Assembly: GCA_002863085.1 (NCBI GenBank)
Contig: PKDT01000033.1
Span: 1-58,698 of the forward strand
From: Flavobacteriales bacterium
GTDB taxonomy: Bacteria > Bacteroidota > Bacteroidia > Flavobacteriales > TMED113
DNA length: 58,698 bases
Direction: 5' to 3'
Of the stretch, positions 9,829-20,972 are shown one piece after another. Position numbers and translations under genes: made by a program. How positions within the stretch are numbered: the stretch's first letter is position 1; every line of letters begins with the position of its first letter. A model generated the notes under the pieces. The model saw nothing but the letters and a program-made list of their open reading frames with translations. It made no database searches and was not told where the DNA came from.

Positions 9829-12021
9829 TTAAGCATTAAAGAATTGGCTGACGTGTTAAATGTATCACAAAAAACAATACGTCGACACATTAATTCTGGT
9901 AAAATAAAATCTGTCAAAGTGGGAGGGGTGCACAGGATATCTAGAGAGCAGGTCTCCAGCCTGCTTGAAGTTGAGGAGATAATAGTTGATGATTTAATTA
10001 ACATTGGTTTAGAAAGGGGATTTCCCTATGATAGTAAGGTGCCAAGTGGAGATCTGAAGAATAAGTGGAGTAAACACAAAGGGACCATAAACCTTGTTAG
10101 TCCTGCAAACAAAAGAAATATAGACATAATCGTTGTTGGAACTGGATTGGCTGGCGCTTCTGCTTCAGCAACACTGGCCGAACTGGGATATAATGTAAAA
10201 GCTTTTTGCTTTCAAGACTCCCCAAGAAGAGCTCACTCTATAGCAGCACAGGGCGGAATCAATGCATCCAAAAACTATCAAGGTGACGGTGATTCTGATT
10301 ATCGACTTTTTTATGACACAATTAAAGGGGGTGACTACAGATCTCGAGAAGCAAATGTTTACAGGCTCGCCGAAGTATCTGCTAACATAATTGACCAGTG
10401 TGTGGCCCAGGGGGTTCCTTTTGCAAGAGATTATGGGGGGCTTTTAGATAACAGATCTTTTGGTGGAGTATTGGTTTCTAGGACCTTTTATGCTAAGGGG
10501 CAGACGGGGCAACAGCTACTTCTTGGCGCGTACTCCGCTTTAAATAGACAGGTAAACAGAGGAAAGGTTGAAATGTTTTCTAGACACGAAATGATGGATG
10601 TAGTAGTTGTTGATGGTAAGGCTAGGGGCATTATTTCCCGAAATCTTGTAAATGGAAAAATTGAACGACATGGTGCACATGCTGTTGTTATTGCAAGTGG
10701 AGGCTATGGAAATGTTTTTTATTTGTCAACAAACGCGATGGGTAGCAATGTAACAGCAAGTTGGAAAATTCACAAAAAGGGGGCTTTTTTTGCAAACCCC
10801 TGCTTTACTCAAATTCACCCAACATGCATTCCTGTATCAGGAGACCATCAGTCAAAACTGACATTAATGTCTGAGTCGCTAAGAAATGATGGCCGTATTT
10901 GGGTTCCAAAGAATATAGAAGATGCTAAAAAAATAAGAAACAAAGAGTTGAAGCCCACCGAGATTCCTGAAAATGACAGAGATTATTATCTTGAGAGAAG
11001 ATATCCCGCTTTTGGAAACCTGGTTCCGAGAGATGTAGCTTCAAGGGCCGCAAAGGAGCGTTGTGACGCTGGCTATGGGGTAAATAAAACAGGACAGGCA
11101 GTATATCTGGATTTTGCTGCAGCCATAATTAGGTATGGTAAAGAAAAGGCAATCTCTACTGGTCAGGATAAAGATAATATAGATTTAGTAAAATCGCTTG
11201 GAAAAGAAATTATTAAAGCCAAGTATGGAAACCTGTTCCAGATGTACGAAAAAATAGTTGACGAAAATCCTTATGAAACTCCAATGCAAATTTTTCCTGC
11301 CGTACACTACACTATGGGAGGGGTTTGGGTTGACTATAACTTGATGACAACGATACCCGGATGCTTTGCAATTGGTGAAGCCAACTTCTCGGACCACGGG
11401 GCAAATAGACTCGGTGCGTCTGCACTCATGCAAGGTTTGGCAGATGGATATTTTGTGTTGCCATATACAATTGGTGATTATTTAGCAGATGAAATAAAGA
11501 CGGGGCCCATAAAAACAGATACTAAAGAGTTTGATGAGGCTGAATCTGGTGTTAATAAATTCATAGAAAAAATTATGTCTAATAAAAGTGGTAAATCTGT
11601 TGACTACTACCACAGAAAGCTTGGGAAAATCATGTGGGATAAATGCGGCATGTCAAGAAACGCGGAGGACCTTCGGTCTGCAATTACAGAGATCAAAGCT
11701 TTGCGCGAAGAGTTTTATTCTAACGTTTTTGTGCCAGGAGGAGCTGATGGTTACAACGAAGAATTGGCAAAAGCCGGTAGGGTTGCTGACTTTCTTGAGT
11801 TGGGTGAACTTTTTGCACTAGATGCCCTTGAGAGAAATGAGTCTTGTGGAGGACATTTTCGTGAAGAATATCAAACCGAAGAGGGAGAGGCTCTTCGAAA
11901 TGACGAAGAATTCACATTTGTTTCGTGCTGGGAGCATATGGGTAAAGACAAAAAACCCAAACTGAACAAAGAAGAGCTAAATTTTAAATCGGTTGAACTA
12001 AAGTCAAGAAGCTATAAATAG
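9808..12021 (+). CDS. sdhA: Succinate dehydrogenase/fumarate reductase flavoprotein subunit carrying an in-frame N-terminal extension of about 70 aa
   Basis: From about residue 75 onward this is a typical Bacteroidota SdhA: [29 protein letters not shown] (FAD GxGxxG), [16 protein letters not shown] and HYTMGG. There is no in-frame ATG at the expected start, and the frame is open back to ATG 9808. Confidence 0.85.
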   Translation: MDKDGQMLSIKELADVLNVSQKTIRRHINSGKIKSVKVGGVHRISREQVSSLLEVEEIIVDDLINIGLERGFPYDSKVPSGDLKNKWSKHKGTINLVSPANKRNIDIIVVGTGLAGASASATLAELGYNVKAFCFQDSPRRAHSIAAQGGINASKNYQGDGDSDYRLFYDTIKGGDYRSREANVYRLAEVSANIIDQCVAQGVPFARDYGGLLDNRSFGGVLVSRTFYAKGQTGQQLLLGAYSALNRQVNRGKVEMFSRHEMMDVVVVDGKARGIISRNLVNGKIERHGAHAVVIASGGYGNVFYLSTNAMGSNVTASWKIHKKGAFFANPCFTQIHPTCIPVSGDHQSKLTLMSESLRNDGRIWVPKNIEDAKKIRNKELKPTEIPENDRDYYLERRYPAFGNLVPRDVASRAAKERCDAGYGVNKTGQAVYLDFAAAIIRYGKEKAISTGQDKDNIDLVKSLGKEIIKAKYGNLFQMYEKIVDENPYETPMQIFPAVHYTMGGVWVDYNLMTTIPGCFAIGEANFSDHGANRLGASALMQGLADGYFVLPYTIGDYLADEIKTGPIKTDTKEFDEAESGVNKFIEKIMSNKSGKSVDYYHRKLGKIMWDKCGMSRNAEDLRSAITEIKALREEFYSNVFVPGGADGYNEELAKAGRVADFLELGELFALDALERNESCGGHFREEYQTEEGEALRNDEEFTFVSCWEHMGKDKKPKLNKEELNFKSVELKSRSYK
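9829..9966 (+). other. Excisionase/MerR-like helix-turn-helix (HTH_17-type) module encoded at the 5' end of the sdhA ORF
   Basis: [46 protein letters not shown] matches the excisionase-family DNA-binding pattern (L-t-v-x-E-a-A-x-x-L-x-V-S-x-x-T-i-x-R-x-i-x-x-G-x-i-x-x-x-K-i-G-x-x-x-R-I). Confidence 0.7.
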
Positions 12022-12022
12022 T

Positions 12023-12769
12023 ATGGAACTTAAATTAAAAATTTGGCGCCAAAAAAATAGTGGCGAAAAGGGCGCAATCATTGATTATAATGTCAAAAAA
12101 ATAGATCCTGATATGTCTTTTCTGGAAATGTTAGACGTTTTAAACCAAGACCTAATTAAAAGCGGTGAAGAGCCTGTTGCTTTTGACCACGATTGTCGAG
12201 AGGGGATTTGTGGAATGTGTTCCCTAGTGATAAATGGGTCGCCTCATGGCCCCGACAAAGGAACAACTACATGTCAACTGCACATGAGAAGATTCAAGTC
12301 TGGCGACACGATATACATTGAACCCTTCCGAGGCACTGCATTCCCTGTAATCAAAGACCTCGTTGTTGATAGATCAGCGTTTGATCGAATACAACAGTCC
12401 GGGGGCTATGTTTCTGTAAACACCTCTGGAAACACTGTCGATGCAAATGCCACGCCAATACCAAAACCAGATGCCGATGAGGCCTTTAAAGCTGCTGCTT
12501 GTATTGGTTGCGGAGCATGCGTTGCTTCATGTAAAAATTCGTCCGCAATGTTGTTTGTTGGGGCGAAGGTTTCGCAATATTCAAGATTACCGCAAGGTAA
12601 AGTTGAGGCCAGAGAGCGTGTTTTAAATATGGTAAAACAAATGGACAAAGAGGGGTTTGGGAATTGCACAAATACAGGGGCCTGCGAAGCACATTGCCCC
12701 AAGGGCATTTCTCTAGATAATATTTTGAATCTAAACCGGGAATACATTAAAGCAAAAATTAGAAAATGA
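12023..12769 (+). CDS. sdhB: Succinate dehydrogenase/fumarate reductase iron-sulfur subunit
   Basis: Three Cys clusters: [20 protein letters not shown] and [12 protein letters not shown]. It starts 1 nt after sdhA. Confidence 0.9.
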   Translation: MELKLKIWRQKNSGEKGAIIDYNVKKIDPDMSFLEMLDVLNQDLIKSGEEPVAFDHDCREGICGMCSLVINGSPHGPDKGTTTCQLHMRRFKSGDTIYIEPFRGTAFPVIKDLVVDRSAFDRIQQSGGYVSVNTSGNTVDANATPIPKPDADEAFKAAACIGCGACVASCKNSSAMLFVGAKVSQYSRLPQGKVEARERVLNMVKQMDKEGFGNCTNTGACEAHCPKGISLDNILNLNREYIKAKIRK

Positions 12770-14046
12770 GATATAAAAAAATCCCCGCAGAACTCTTTAT
12801 AAAAAACAGATCACAATTTGCTGAAAAAATGGATAACAACTCTGTAGCTATATTTAACTCAAATGATTTAATGCCTAAAAATGCAGATCAAAACCTTCCT
12901 TTTTTTCAAAACAGTGATTTATTTTATTTAAGCGGAATTGACCAAGAGGAATCTCTATTGATGATTGTTAAAAAAGAGTCCAGTATAGGCTCTTATCTAT
13001 TTTTAAGAGAGACCAACGATTTAATTAAAGTTTGGGAGGGTGAAAAACTAGATAAAAATAATGCCACTAGTATTTCTGGAATTAAAAACGTTTACTGGGA
13101 CAAGAGTTTTGAAAAGGTCTTAAACAAATTCGTCTCGGATTGCAGTGTAATTTATCTCAATAGCAACGAACACCCACGAGCTGAAATAATTGTAGAAACT
13201 AGAGATGCGAGGTTTGAAAAGTGGATTAAAAAAAAATTTCCAAATAAAAAATATAAAAAGTCCACAGACATTTTATACCCGCTTAGAGCCATAAAAGATG
13301 ACTTGGAAATTGAACTAATAAAGACCGCATGTGACATTACTGCCGATGGAGTTAAAAGGGTGTTGTCATTTTTGAGGCCTGGAGTTATGGAATATGAGAT
13401 CGAAGCAGAAATTGCTCATGAATTTATAAAAAGCGGTTCTCGTGGATTTGCCTATGATCCAATTATTGCATCAGGTCAAAATTCTTGCGTTCTGCACTAC
13501 AACAACAACAACAAGGTTTGTGCGTCTGGAGATATTGTACTCATGGACTTTGGGGCTGAATATAGCAATTACTGTTCCGATCTAACCAGGTGCTTTCCCG
13601 TTAGTGGAAGGTTTTCAAATCGACAAAGACAGGTTTATAACAGTGTTTTAAGAGTAATGAAATCCGCAAAAAAAATGCTTTGTCCAGGACTGGGGCTAAA
13701 AGAATATGAGATTAATGTTGGTAAACTTATGGAAAAAGAACTCGTCGATTTACAATTAATTTCATTGAAAGATATTAAAAATCAAGAAGATTTACCTGCT
13801 TACAAAAAGTACTACATGCATGGCACCTCTCATCATCTTGGCTTAGACGTACATGACGTTTCTGGATCAAATCAACCTTTGCAACCCGGCATGGTTTTAA
13901 CCTGCGAGCCCGGCATCTACATTCCTGAGGAAGGTTTTGGTATCAGACTTGAAAATGATATTGTAATAGGACATAATGAAAACATCGATCTTATGTCAAA
14001 GATCCCTATTGAAACTGAAGAGATCGAGGAGATTTTAAATAACTAG
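12766..14046 (+). CDS. pepP: Xaa-Pro aminopeptidase (M24B)
   Basis: Creatinase/prolidase N-domain plus M24 metal ligands ([40 protein letters not shown]). Its start overlaps the sdhB stop (ATGA). Confidence 0.85.
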   Translation: MRYKKIPAELFIKNRSQFAEKMDNNSVAIFNSNDLMPKNADQNLPFFQNSDLFYLSGIDQEESLLMIVKKESSIGSYLFLRETNDLIKVWEGEKLDKNNATSISGIKNVYWDKSFEKVLNKFVSDCSVIYLNSNEHPRAEIIVETRDARFEKWIKKKFPNKKYKKSTDILYPLRAIKDDLEIELIKTACDITADGVKRVLSFLRPGVMEYEIEAEIAHEFIKSGSRGFAYDPIIASGQNSCVLHYNNNNKVCASGDIVLMDFGAEYSNYCSDLTRCFPVSGRFSNRQRQVYNSVLRVMKSAKKMLCPGLGLKEYEINVGKLMEKELVDLQLISLKDIKNQEDLPAYKKYYMHGTSHHLGLDVHDVSGSNQPLQPGMVLTCEPGIYIPEEGFGIRLENDIVIGHNENIDLMSKIPIETEEIEEILNN

Positions 14047-14059
14047 AAGCCCACATATT

Positions 14060-15100
14060 TTATTTTTGAAATGCCGTCCATGAGTTTTGATTAATCTCAA
14101 CTGACTTTCCGCTTGAATCATAGAGTTTCACCCCATTAACGTCTTTTGAGATGTGCCCAATCGGAGAATATATTGGGTTATTTTTAATTTTTTCAAAATC
14201 AGCCAGCGAAACTGTAAAAAGTAACTCATAATCCTCGCCACCAAATAGTGCGCTAACCAATAAGTCAATATTGAGCTCTTCAGCGGTTTTTCTTGTTTCT
14301 TTTGCAAAAGGAATTTTATCAATAAATATTTTGATTCCCAAATTTGATGATTTTGAAATGTGATTTAGTTCTGATGAAAGTCCATCTGAAATATCAATCA
14401 TGGATGTTGGTATAACTTTAAGGTTTTTAAGATTTTTAATTACATCAATCCGGGCCTCGGGCTTTAGTTGTCTCTCTAATATGTATTTGTAATTCTTTAA
14501 ATCTGGTTGAACCTCAGCACTGTCTTTGAAGATTAGCTTTTCTCTTTCAAGAATTTGCAGCCCGAGATATGCAGCTCCAAGACTTCCCGTAACAATAACT
14601 ATGTCATTGTTTTGGGCACCGCTTCTTAATGATAGTTTGGAACCTAATGATTCACCTAAAATATTAACACTAATTACCAAGGGTCCTGCTGTGGCGGTAG
14701 TATCTCCACCCACTAAATCAACTGAATAGTTTTTACAAGCTAATTTGATTCCGTCATATATTTCTTGAATCATTTCAACACTAAATTTATTGGGAATTGC
14801 AATTGACACGGTGGCCTGAGTAGGCGCGGCGTTCATGGCACAAATATCTGAAACATTAACTACAACAGATTTGTAGCCCAGATGTTTTAGCGGAGTGTAA
14901 GTGCAGTCAAAATGTATGCCCTCAACCAACATGTCTGTTGAAACTAATAAGTTTTTGTTTTTAGAAAATGACACAATTGCTGCGTCATCACCAACTCCTA
15001 ACTTTGTTGTCTTTTGATAACTAATAACGTTATTTGTGATTTTTTTTATTAATTCAAATTCTCCAATTTGGGAAATTGGTGTGAAATAATTTTTTTTCAT
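14060..15100 (-). CDS. thiL: Thiamine-monophosphate kinase
   Basis: 346 aa, AIR-synthase-related fold with GVGDDAAIV, STDMLVEGIHF and VGGDT. Confidence 0.85.
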   Translation of the reverse strand: MKKNYFTPISQIGEFELIKKITNNVISYQKTTKLGVGDDAAIVSFSKNKNLLVSTDMLVEGIHFDCTYTPLKHLGYKSVVVNVSDICAMNAAPTQATVSIAIPNKFSVEMIQEIYDGIKLACKNYSVDLVGGDTTATAGPLVISVNILGESLGSKLSLRSGAQNNDIVIVTGSLGAAYLGLQILEREKLIFKDSAEVQPDLKNYKYILERQLKPEARIDVIKNLKNLKVIPTSMIDISDGLSSELNHISKSSNLGIKIFIDKIPFAKETRKTAEELNIDLLVSALFGGEDYELLFTVSLADFEKIKNNPIYSPIGHISKDVNGVKLYDSSGKSVEINQNSWTAFQK

Positions 15101-15130
15101 CTATTTGAAATTTATATAAAGATAATTTTA

Positions 15131-15165
15131 TTTGCTCTTTTTTAATACTAAATTAATTAACTTTG
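15131..15165 (+). promoter_or_regulatory. Candidate suf operon promoter (-33 TTTG at 15131-15134, -7 TAACTTTG at 15158-15165)
   Basis: Matches the Bacteroidota TTTG / TAnnTTTG consensus. The -7 box lies 18 nt upstream of ATG 15183. Confidence 0.35.
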
Positions 15166-15182
15166 TATGTAAATGTGTAATT

Positions 15183-15506
15183 ATGGTTTCTGTATCTAAT
15201 AGTGCTAAACAAAAACTACTCTCTTTGATGAGTGAAAACGAGAACAATAAAACCTACGTGAGAGTGGGGGTCAAGTCTGGTGGCTGTTCTGGTTTGTCTT
15301 ACGACCTCGACTTTGACTCTGTTATGCTTGAAACAGACAAACTTTTTGAGGACAACGGAATAAAACTTTTAGTTGATAATAAAAGCTATTTATACCTTAT
15401 TGGCACCACTCTAAATTACAGCGGAGGCCTAAACGGAAAGGGCTTTGTATTTGAAAATCCTAACGCATCCAGAACCTGTGGTTGTGGTGAAAGTTTTGCA
15501 GTATAA
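15183..15506 (+). CDS. sufA: A-type iron-sulfur cluster carrier (HesB/IscA/SufA family)
   Basis: [15 protein letters not shown] and C-terminal CGCGESF. The tracked ORF starts at TTG 15132; ATG 15183 fits the family length and the promoter box. Confidence 0.85.
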   Translation: MVSVSNSAKQKLLSLMSENENNKTYVRVGVKSGGCSGLSYDLDFDSVMLETDKLFEDNGIKLLVDNKSYLYLIGTTLNYSGGLNGKGFVFENPNASRTCGCGESFAV

Positions 15507-15510
15507 ATTT

Positions 15511-16959
15511 ATGGAAAGAAATAACGAAAATAAAATAATTTCAGAGGTTACCACCAGTGAGTATAAGTATGGCTTTGTTTCTGATTTTGATTCTGATACA
15601 ATTGATGAGGGGCTAAGCGAAAATGTAATCAGAACAATTTCAAGTAAAAAAAATGAACCATCATGGATGCTTGAAAAAAGACTCCAGGCCTATGAGCTGC
15701 TCAAGACCATGCCGCAACCAAGGTGGGCTAATGTAAAATATGATGAAATTAATCTTCAAAATATTAAATACTACTCTGCTCCGACTAAAAAAGAAAAGCT
15801 GAATAGTTTAGACGAAGTAGATCCCGAAATTTTAAAAACCCTAAAAAGACTAGGGATTTCCGTGGAAGAGCAAAAACGCTTAACAGGTGTTGCTGTTGAT
15901 GTTGTTATAGACAGTGTTTCTGTTTCAACATCATTTAAAGACAGACTAGCTAAAGATGGTATCATTTTTTGCTCAATGTCTGAAGCAATTCAAAACCATG
16001 GCGAATTGGTGAAAAAGTACCTTGGCTCGGTTGTCCCAGCAAAAGACAACTATTTCTCGGCGCTTAATGCAGCGGTATTCAGCGACGGATCTTTTTGTTA
16101 CATCCCCAAAGGAATAAGGTGTCCTATGGAATTATCCACTTACTTTAGAATTAATGAGGCTCAAACTGGGCAATTTGAAAGAACCTTAATTATAGCTGAG
16201 GAGGGTAGTTATGTAAGCTACCTTGAGGGGTGCACCGCGCCACAACGCGATGAAAACCAACTACACGCTGCCGTTGTTGAACTCATTGCTAAAGAATCTT
16301 CCGAAATTAAATATTCTACCGTGCAAAATTGGTACCCAGGTGATGAGAATGGCAAGGGGGGCATTTATAATTTTGTTACTAAGAGGGGAATTGCTCATGA
16401 TTATGCTAAAATATCTTGGACACAGGTTGAAACCGGATCTTCAATAACATGGAAATATCCTTCTTGTATTTTAAAGGGAAAGTTTTCTGTCGGGGAGTTC
16501 TTTTCAATTGCTGTAACCAAAAATATGCAACAAGCAGACACTGGAACTAAGATGGTTCATATGGGCAAAGGAACCAAAAGCACAATCATCAGTAAGGGTA
16601 TTTCTGCTGGCAAAAGCAACAGTAGCTACAGGGGGTTAGTTAAAATTAATCGAAATGCCAAAGAATCTAGAAATTTCACGCAATGTGATTCTCTTTTAAT
16701 TGGTGACAAATGTGGTGCCCACACATTTCCCTTCATTGATGTCAAGAACAGCAACTCCACTGTTGAGCACGAGGCCACAACATCGAAAATCGGTGAAGAC
16801 CAAATGTTCTACTGTAATCAAAGAGGAATTGCAGAAAAAGAAGCTGTTGCATTAATTGTAAATGGATACTGCAAGGATGTCTTACAAAAACTTCCCATGG
16901 AATTTGCAGTTGAGGCAAAAAAATTGTTAGAAATAACTTTAGAAGACAGTGTTGGCTAA
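15511..16959 (+). CDS. sufB: Fe-S cluster assembly protein SufB
   Basis: YKYGFVSD at the N-terminus and conserved SufB core ([41 protein letters not shown]). Start ATG 15511 follows the sufA stop; the tracked 15445 start is an overlap artefact. Confidence 0.95.
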   Translation: MERNNENKIISEVTTSEYKYGFVSDFDSDTIDEGLSENVIRTISSKKNEPSWMLEKRLQAYELLKTMPQPRWANVKYDEINLQNIKYYSAPTKKEKLNSLDEVDPEILKTLKRLGISVEEQKRLTGVAVDVVIDSVSVSTSFKDRLAKDGIIFCSMSEAIQNHGELVKKYLGSVVPAKDNYFSALNAAVFSDGSFCYIPKGIRCPMELSTYFRINEAQTGQFERTLIIAEEGSYVSYLEGCTAPQRDENQLHAAVVELIAKESSEIKYSTVQNWYPGDENGKGGIYNFVTKRGIAHDYAKISWTQVETGSSITWKYPSCILKGKFSVGEFFSIAVTKNMQQADTGTKMVHMGKGTKSTIISKGISAGKSNSSYRGLVKINRNAKESRNFTQCDSLLIGDKCGAHTFPFIDVKNSNSTVEHEATTSKIGEDQMFYCNQRGIAEKEAVALIVNGYCKDVLQKLPMEFAVEAKKLLEITLEDSVG

Positions 16960-16971
16960 AACAAATTACTT

Positions 16972-17712
16972 ATGCTTGAAATAAAAAATTTACAAAGTTC
17001 AATAAATGAAAAAAATGTTTTGAAGGGATTAAATCTTAACGTTAATCCTGGTGAAATTCATGCCATTATGGGCCCAAATGGATCAGGGAAAAGCACATTA
17101 GCGTCTGTAATTTCTGGAAACGAAGACCACGAGGTAATCAATGGCGATATCAGATTTATGGGAGAATCTATATTAGATTATTCTCCGGAAGACAGAGCTA
17201 GGGCTGGAATTTTTTTATCATTTCAGTATCCAGTTGAAATACCCGGAGTTTCGGTAAGTAACTTTATAAAAACCTCAGTAAATGAAATAAGAAAGTCTCG
17301 GGGTCTGCCACAAATTAAGGCCAATGAACTTTTAAAAGCCATGAGAGAAAAACTAGACTTACTTTCAATGAAATCAGAGTTTTTGTCAAGGTCACTTAAT
17401 GACGGCTTTTCTGGCGGTGAAAAAAAAAGAAATGAGATCTTCCAAATGTCAATGCTAAATCCAACGCTTGCTATTTTGGACGAAACAGACTCCGGTCTAG
17501 ATATTGATGCGTTAAAAATTGTTGCAAATGGTGTCAACAAGCTAAAATCAAGCAGCAACTCTTTTATTATAATTACTCACTATCAAAGGCTTTTAAACTA
17601 TATTAAGCCTGACTTTGTTCATGTTTTAAGTGATGGGGAAATTGTTAAGACTGGAGGGGCTGAATTGGCGCTTTTATTAGAGGAAAATGGATATGACAAT
17701 ATTGTTGATTAA
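16972..17712 (+). CDS. sufC: Fe-S cluster assembly ATPase SufC
   Basis: Walker [10 protein letters not shown], signature FSGGEKKR, Walker [13 protein letters not shown]. Confidence 0.95.
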   Translation: MLEIKNLQSSINEKNVLKGLNLNVNPGEIHAIMGPNGSGKSTLASVISGNEDHEVINGDIRFMGESILDYSPEDRARAGIFLSFQYPVEIPGVSVSNFIKTSVNEIRKSRGLPQIKANELLKAMREKLDLLSMKSEFLSRSLNDGFSGGEKKRNEIFQMSMLNPTLAILDETDSGLDIDALKIVANGVNKLKSSSNSFIIITHYQRLLNYIKPDFVHVLSDGEIVKTGGAELALLLEENGYDNIVD

Positions 17713-17717
17713 TCTAA

Positions 17718-19019
17718 ATGAGTCGAGAGAAACAAAAAAATATTAAACCAATTAATTTTTCCGAGCTCTTAACGATGGCTCAAAACTATAAGTCTCTTAT
17801 TTTAGATAAAAAAACTGATCTTTATCAAACTAGATCCTACTTCATTGAAAAATTTAAAAATCAAATTAGTTCTGGGTCAAAAAAATTATATTGGAAAAAT
17901 TTTAATTACAATATATTCAGTGAAAAAAATAAAATCAATGAGCGTAATTTTGAAAAAAATAATATTGTAAGTTTTGAAAAATCTAGTGACGTTTCAATAG
18001 TCATAAATGATGGTGTTATTACATCGGATAAAAACCTTCCGAATAATATTAGAATAACCGACTTCAAAGAAATTTCTGATGACGATGTTTGTTCATACAT
18101 TAAAAAAACTGACAAATTAAATGACCCCTTTGTTTCGGTTAATAATGGGTCTTGCGATTGTGGTTTTGTTCTAGATGTTAAAGAAAGCAAAAGCCCCCAA
18201 ATAATTCACATAAAAAATATATCATCTAAAGCCGGGCTTTATCAAAATCGACAAATATATAACATTTCAAAAAATGTTAAGATAACCTTTATAGAAAGCT
18301 TTGAGGGCTGTAGTGAACAATTTAACAACACCATTTCACAGTGGGAGGTTAAAGAAAATGCCAATGTTTATAAATATTCATTTGGCTCACGAGCTGGAAG
18401 CCACAAAAACTCGCAATCTGTATTTTCTGAATTTGTAGAACAGCACAAAAACAGTACTTGTAATTTTTATTCTTTTTATTTTAATGAAGGTGGGCTTGGT
18501 TTTTCCGGAAAAATAAGAAATAATATTCTATTTAATTTAATTGGCGAAAACATTACTTCAAATCAGTGGTCTGTTTCATTGCTAAGGGATGAGTGTTTTG
18601 TTGATAATGATGTGCGAACACAACACATGTCACCAAACTGCTCAAGTTCTCAAGTATATAAGGGTATTTATAATGATAGGTCTAAGGGACGGTTTGACAG
18701 CTGTGTTTATGTTGCAAAAGACGCTCAAAAATCTGATACGGTTCAATCAAATAATAATATTTTGTTAAATGACAATGCCAGTGTTAATTCTAACCCGCAA
18801 CTTGAGATTTTTGCTGATGATGTTAAGTGTGCACACGGTTCTACAATAGGTCAGATTGACAGAAATGCTTTATTTTATTTAAGAGCGCGAGGCATAAGTG
18901 AGGTATTAGCAAAAAAACTTTTATTGACCGCCTTTGTTGGTGATATTGTTGAGAGTATAAATAATTCAGACATCCTTAATTTAGTCTCTGAAGAGGTTGA
19001 AAAACAGTTCCATAATTAA
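17718..19019 (+). CDS. sufD: Fe-S cluster assembly protein SufD
   Basis: Position in the operon plus a SufB/D C-terminal beta-helix region (PQLEIFADDVKCAHGSTIGQID, ALFYLRARGI). Confidence 0.85.
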   Translation: MSREKQKNIKPINFSELLTMAQNYKSLILDKKTDLYQTRSYFIEKFKNQISSGSKKLYWKNFNYNIFSEKNKINERNFEKNNIVSFEKSSDVSIVINDGVITSDKNLPNNIRITDFKEISDDDVCSYIKKTDKLNDPFVSVNNGSCDCGFVLDVKESKSPQIIHIKNISSKAGLYQNRQIYNISKNVKITFIESFEGCSEQFNNTISQWEVKENANVYKYSFGSRAGSHKNSQSVFSEFVEQHKNSTCNFYSFYFNEGGLGFSGKIRNNILFNLIGENITSNQWSVSLLRDECFVDNDVRTQHMSPNCSSSQVYKGIYNDRSKGRFDSCVYVAKDAQKSDTVQSNNNILLNDNASVNSNPQLEIFADDVKCAHGSTIGQIDRNALFYLRARGISEVLAKKLLLTAFVGDIVESINNSDILNLVSEEVEKQFHN

Positions 19020-19035
19020 TTTAAAACCAGTTCAC

Positions 19036-20244
19036 ATGACGGGAGAAGAGATTCGAAACTGCTTTCCTTATTTTAAATCTAACAAAAAGTCAATCTATTT
19101 TGATAGTGCAGCAACAACACATAAGCCTCAAAGTGTAATAGATACAATAATAAGCTTTTATCAAAAATATAATAGCAATATACATAGGAGTATGAATAAG
19201 GCCGCCACTATTGCTACCCAAAAATTTGAAAACAGCCGATCATTGGTAAAAGAGTTATTAAATGCCGAGCACTCTTCGGAGATAGTTTTCACTAACGGGG
19301 CTACTGACAGCATAAATCTAGTCGCACAATCTTTCCTTAAAAAACAGATTAAAAAAAATGATATTATTTTAATTTCTGAAACTGAACATCACTCTAACCT
19401 TGTTCCCTGGCAGCAGTTAGCTCTTGAAACTGGGGCGAAAATAGATTTTTTGCCTATTAGAGCTGATTTATTAGTTGACACCGACAAAATCAAAGCAAAA
19501 ATCAACGATAAGGTTAAATTAATATCTACTCATCATATTTCAAGTATTTCGGGTGGGAAACAAAATATTGAGAAAATCATTAAGATTGCAAGATCTCTTA
19601 ATATACCAATATTAATTGATGGGGCTCAAGCTATTGCCCACACGCCCATTGATGTTAAAGAGTTAGATTGCGACTTTTATTGTTTTTCAGGCCATAAGCT
19701 CTTTGGCCCCACTGGGACGGGGATATTGTATTCAAAAAGCCGGCACTTAGATGGTTTTATACCCTACAAGTTTGGTGGTGGCATGGTCGATAATGTAGGT
19801 TTGCATGAAAATAGCTTTTCAGAACTGCCACACCGACTTGAAGCTGGAACACCTAATATTTCTGGCGTAATTGGTCTCGGAGAAGCTGTCAACTTTGTAA
19901 AATCTGTTGGTTTTAGTGTTATACAAGAAATTGAAACAAGCCTTGCTGAAAAATTTAATCACGAACTTTCCAAAGTTGATGATTGTGTTTTGGTGGGTTC
20001 GGGACCAAGGTCTGCACCAATTTTTACGTTTAATATTGAGGGAATTCACCACTATGACTTAGCCTCGCTTCTTTCAGAATATAATATCTGCACTCGCTCG
20101 GGGCATCTTTGTTCCCAGCCAATGATTGAGATGTGCGGTTTAAGTGGAGCTGTAAGAGCATCTCTTTCTATTTATAACAATGAAGAAGAAATAGAAAATT
20201 TTATGGTAATTTTGAAAAAAGCCATTTCATTTTTAAAAAGATAA
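19036..20244 (+). CDS. sufS: Cysteine desulfurase SufS (class V aminotransferase, group II)
   Basis: YFDSAATT, the PLP-Lys motif FSGHKLFGPTG and the active-site loop RSGHLCSQP. ATG 19036 is preferred over the tracked 18997, which overlaps sufD. Confidence 0.9.
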   Translation: MTGEEIRNCFPYFKSNKKSIYFDSAATTHKPQSVIDTIISFYQKYNSNIHRSMNKAATIATQKFENSRSLVKELLNAEHSSEIVFTNGATDSINLVAQSFLKKQIKKNDIILISETEHHSNLVPWQQLALETGAKIDFLPIRADLLVDTDKIKAKINDKVKLISTHHISSISGGKQNIEKIIKIARSLNIPILIDGAQAIAHTPIDVKELDCDFYCFSGHKLFGPTGTGILYSKSRHLDGFIPYKFGGGMVDNVGLHENSFSELPHRLEAGTPNISGVIGLGEAVNFVKSVGFSVIQEIETSLAEKFNHELSKVDDCVLVGSGPRSAPIFTFNIEGIHHYDLASLLSEYNICTRSGHLCSQPMIEMCGLSGAVRASLSIYNNEEEIENFMVILKKAISFLKR

Positions 20245-20245
20245 T

Positions 20246-20662
20246 ATGCTTTTAAATGAAGAAAAACTAATTTTAAATTTTTCCCTTTTTAATAATTGGG
20301 AAGAAAAGTATGAATACTTAATTGAACTGGGTGAAGATATCTGTTTTATTGATCCTGAAAAAAAAACATCTAAACACCTAATTCAAGGCTGTCAATCAAA
20401 AGTGTGGCTTGACTTCGAGTTTAAAAATGATAAATTATATTTTTATGGCGACAGTGACGCGCTAATTTCAAAGGGTCTCGTTGCTCTCATAATTGAGCTT
20501 TATTCTGGCAATAGCCCAAAGGATATTCTTACACATCAAGACAACTTTTTTGAAAAAATAAACCTAAAAGAACATTTATCAATGACAAGATCGAATGGAT
20601 TAAGTATGATGATAAAAAAAATAAAAAAATACGCCTACGAACAACTAAATAAAAATGGATAA
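20246..20662 (+). CDS. sufE: Sulfur acceptor SufE
   Basis: 138 aa with IQGCQSKVWL (conserved Cys), directly after sufS. Confidence 0.85.
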   Translation: MLLNEEKLILNFSLFNNWEEKYEYLIELGEDICFIDPEKKTSKHLIQGCQSKVWLDFEFKNDKLYFYGDSDALISKGLVALIIELYSGNSPKDILTHQDNFFEKINLKEHLSMTRSNGLSMMIKKIKKYAYEQLNKNG

Positions 20663-20972
20663 AGAAACAAAACTACTCGGTGAAAACGTAATACAAACCT
20701 TGTGCGAAATCTATGACCCAGAAATTCCTGTAAACATCTATGAGCTGGGACTAATCTATGATATTCAAATAAGCAAAAATTGGGATGTTAAAATTTTAAT
20801 GACATTTACGGCGCCAAATTGCCCTGTTGCTGAGTCAATGCCTATCGAGATAAAGGACAAGGTTTTAAAAATAAAAAAAATTAACAGTGTCAATGTTGAA
20901 ATTACATGGGACCCCCCATGGAATAAGGATATGATGTCGGATGAAGCTAAACTTGAACTTGGATTTTTATGA
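20655..20972 (+). CDS. sufT: DUF59/SufT-type Fe-S assembly protein
   Basis: 105 aa with VYDPEIPVNIYELGLIY and TAPNCPVAE, characteristic of the MIP18/DUF59 family. Confidence 0.75.
   Translation: MDKETKLLGENVIQTLCEIYDPEIPVNIYELGLIYDIQISKNWDVKILMTFTAPNCPVAESMPIEIKDKVLKIKKINSVNVEITWDPPWNKDMMSDEAKLELGFL

Noticed and set aside
9702-9956. A cluster of common cloning sites around the HTH insertion, which briefly suggested vector-derived or engineered DNA: HindIII 9702, XbaI 9797 and 9940, SalI 9881, EcoRV 9936, BsaI 9951, plus the TGATAGTAA triple stop at 10029.
   Set aside because: These are short sites that can arise by chance. I see no vector backbone, tags or linkers, and I cannot compute significance here. 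It is noted only as something to keep in mind when checking the assembly.
9798-10004. A 68-aa antisense ORF exactly spanning the HTH-coding segment.
   Set aside because: It has no motifs and a Ser/Thr/Leu/Cys-rich low-information translation. The sense-strand HTH pattern explains the open frame much better.
15445-15510. N-terminal extensions in the ORF track that overlap upstream genes (sufB from 15445, sufS from 18997, sufA from TTG 15132, sdhC from 8963, ATP-grasp from TTG 23855).
   Set aside because: Family-typical N-termini begin at internal ATGs just after the upstream stop (15511, 19036, 15183, 9011, 23870). Promoter-like boxes fall inside two of the extensions.
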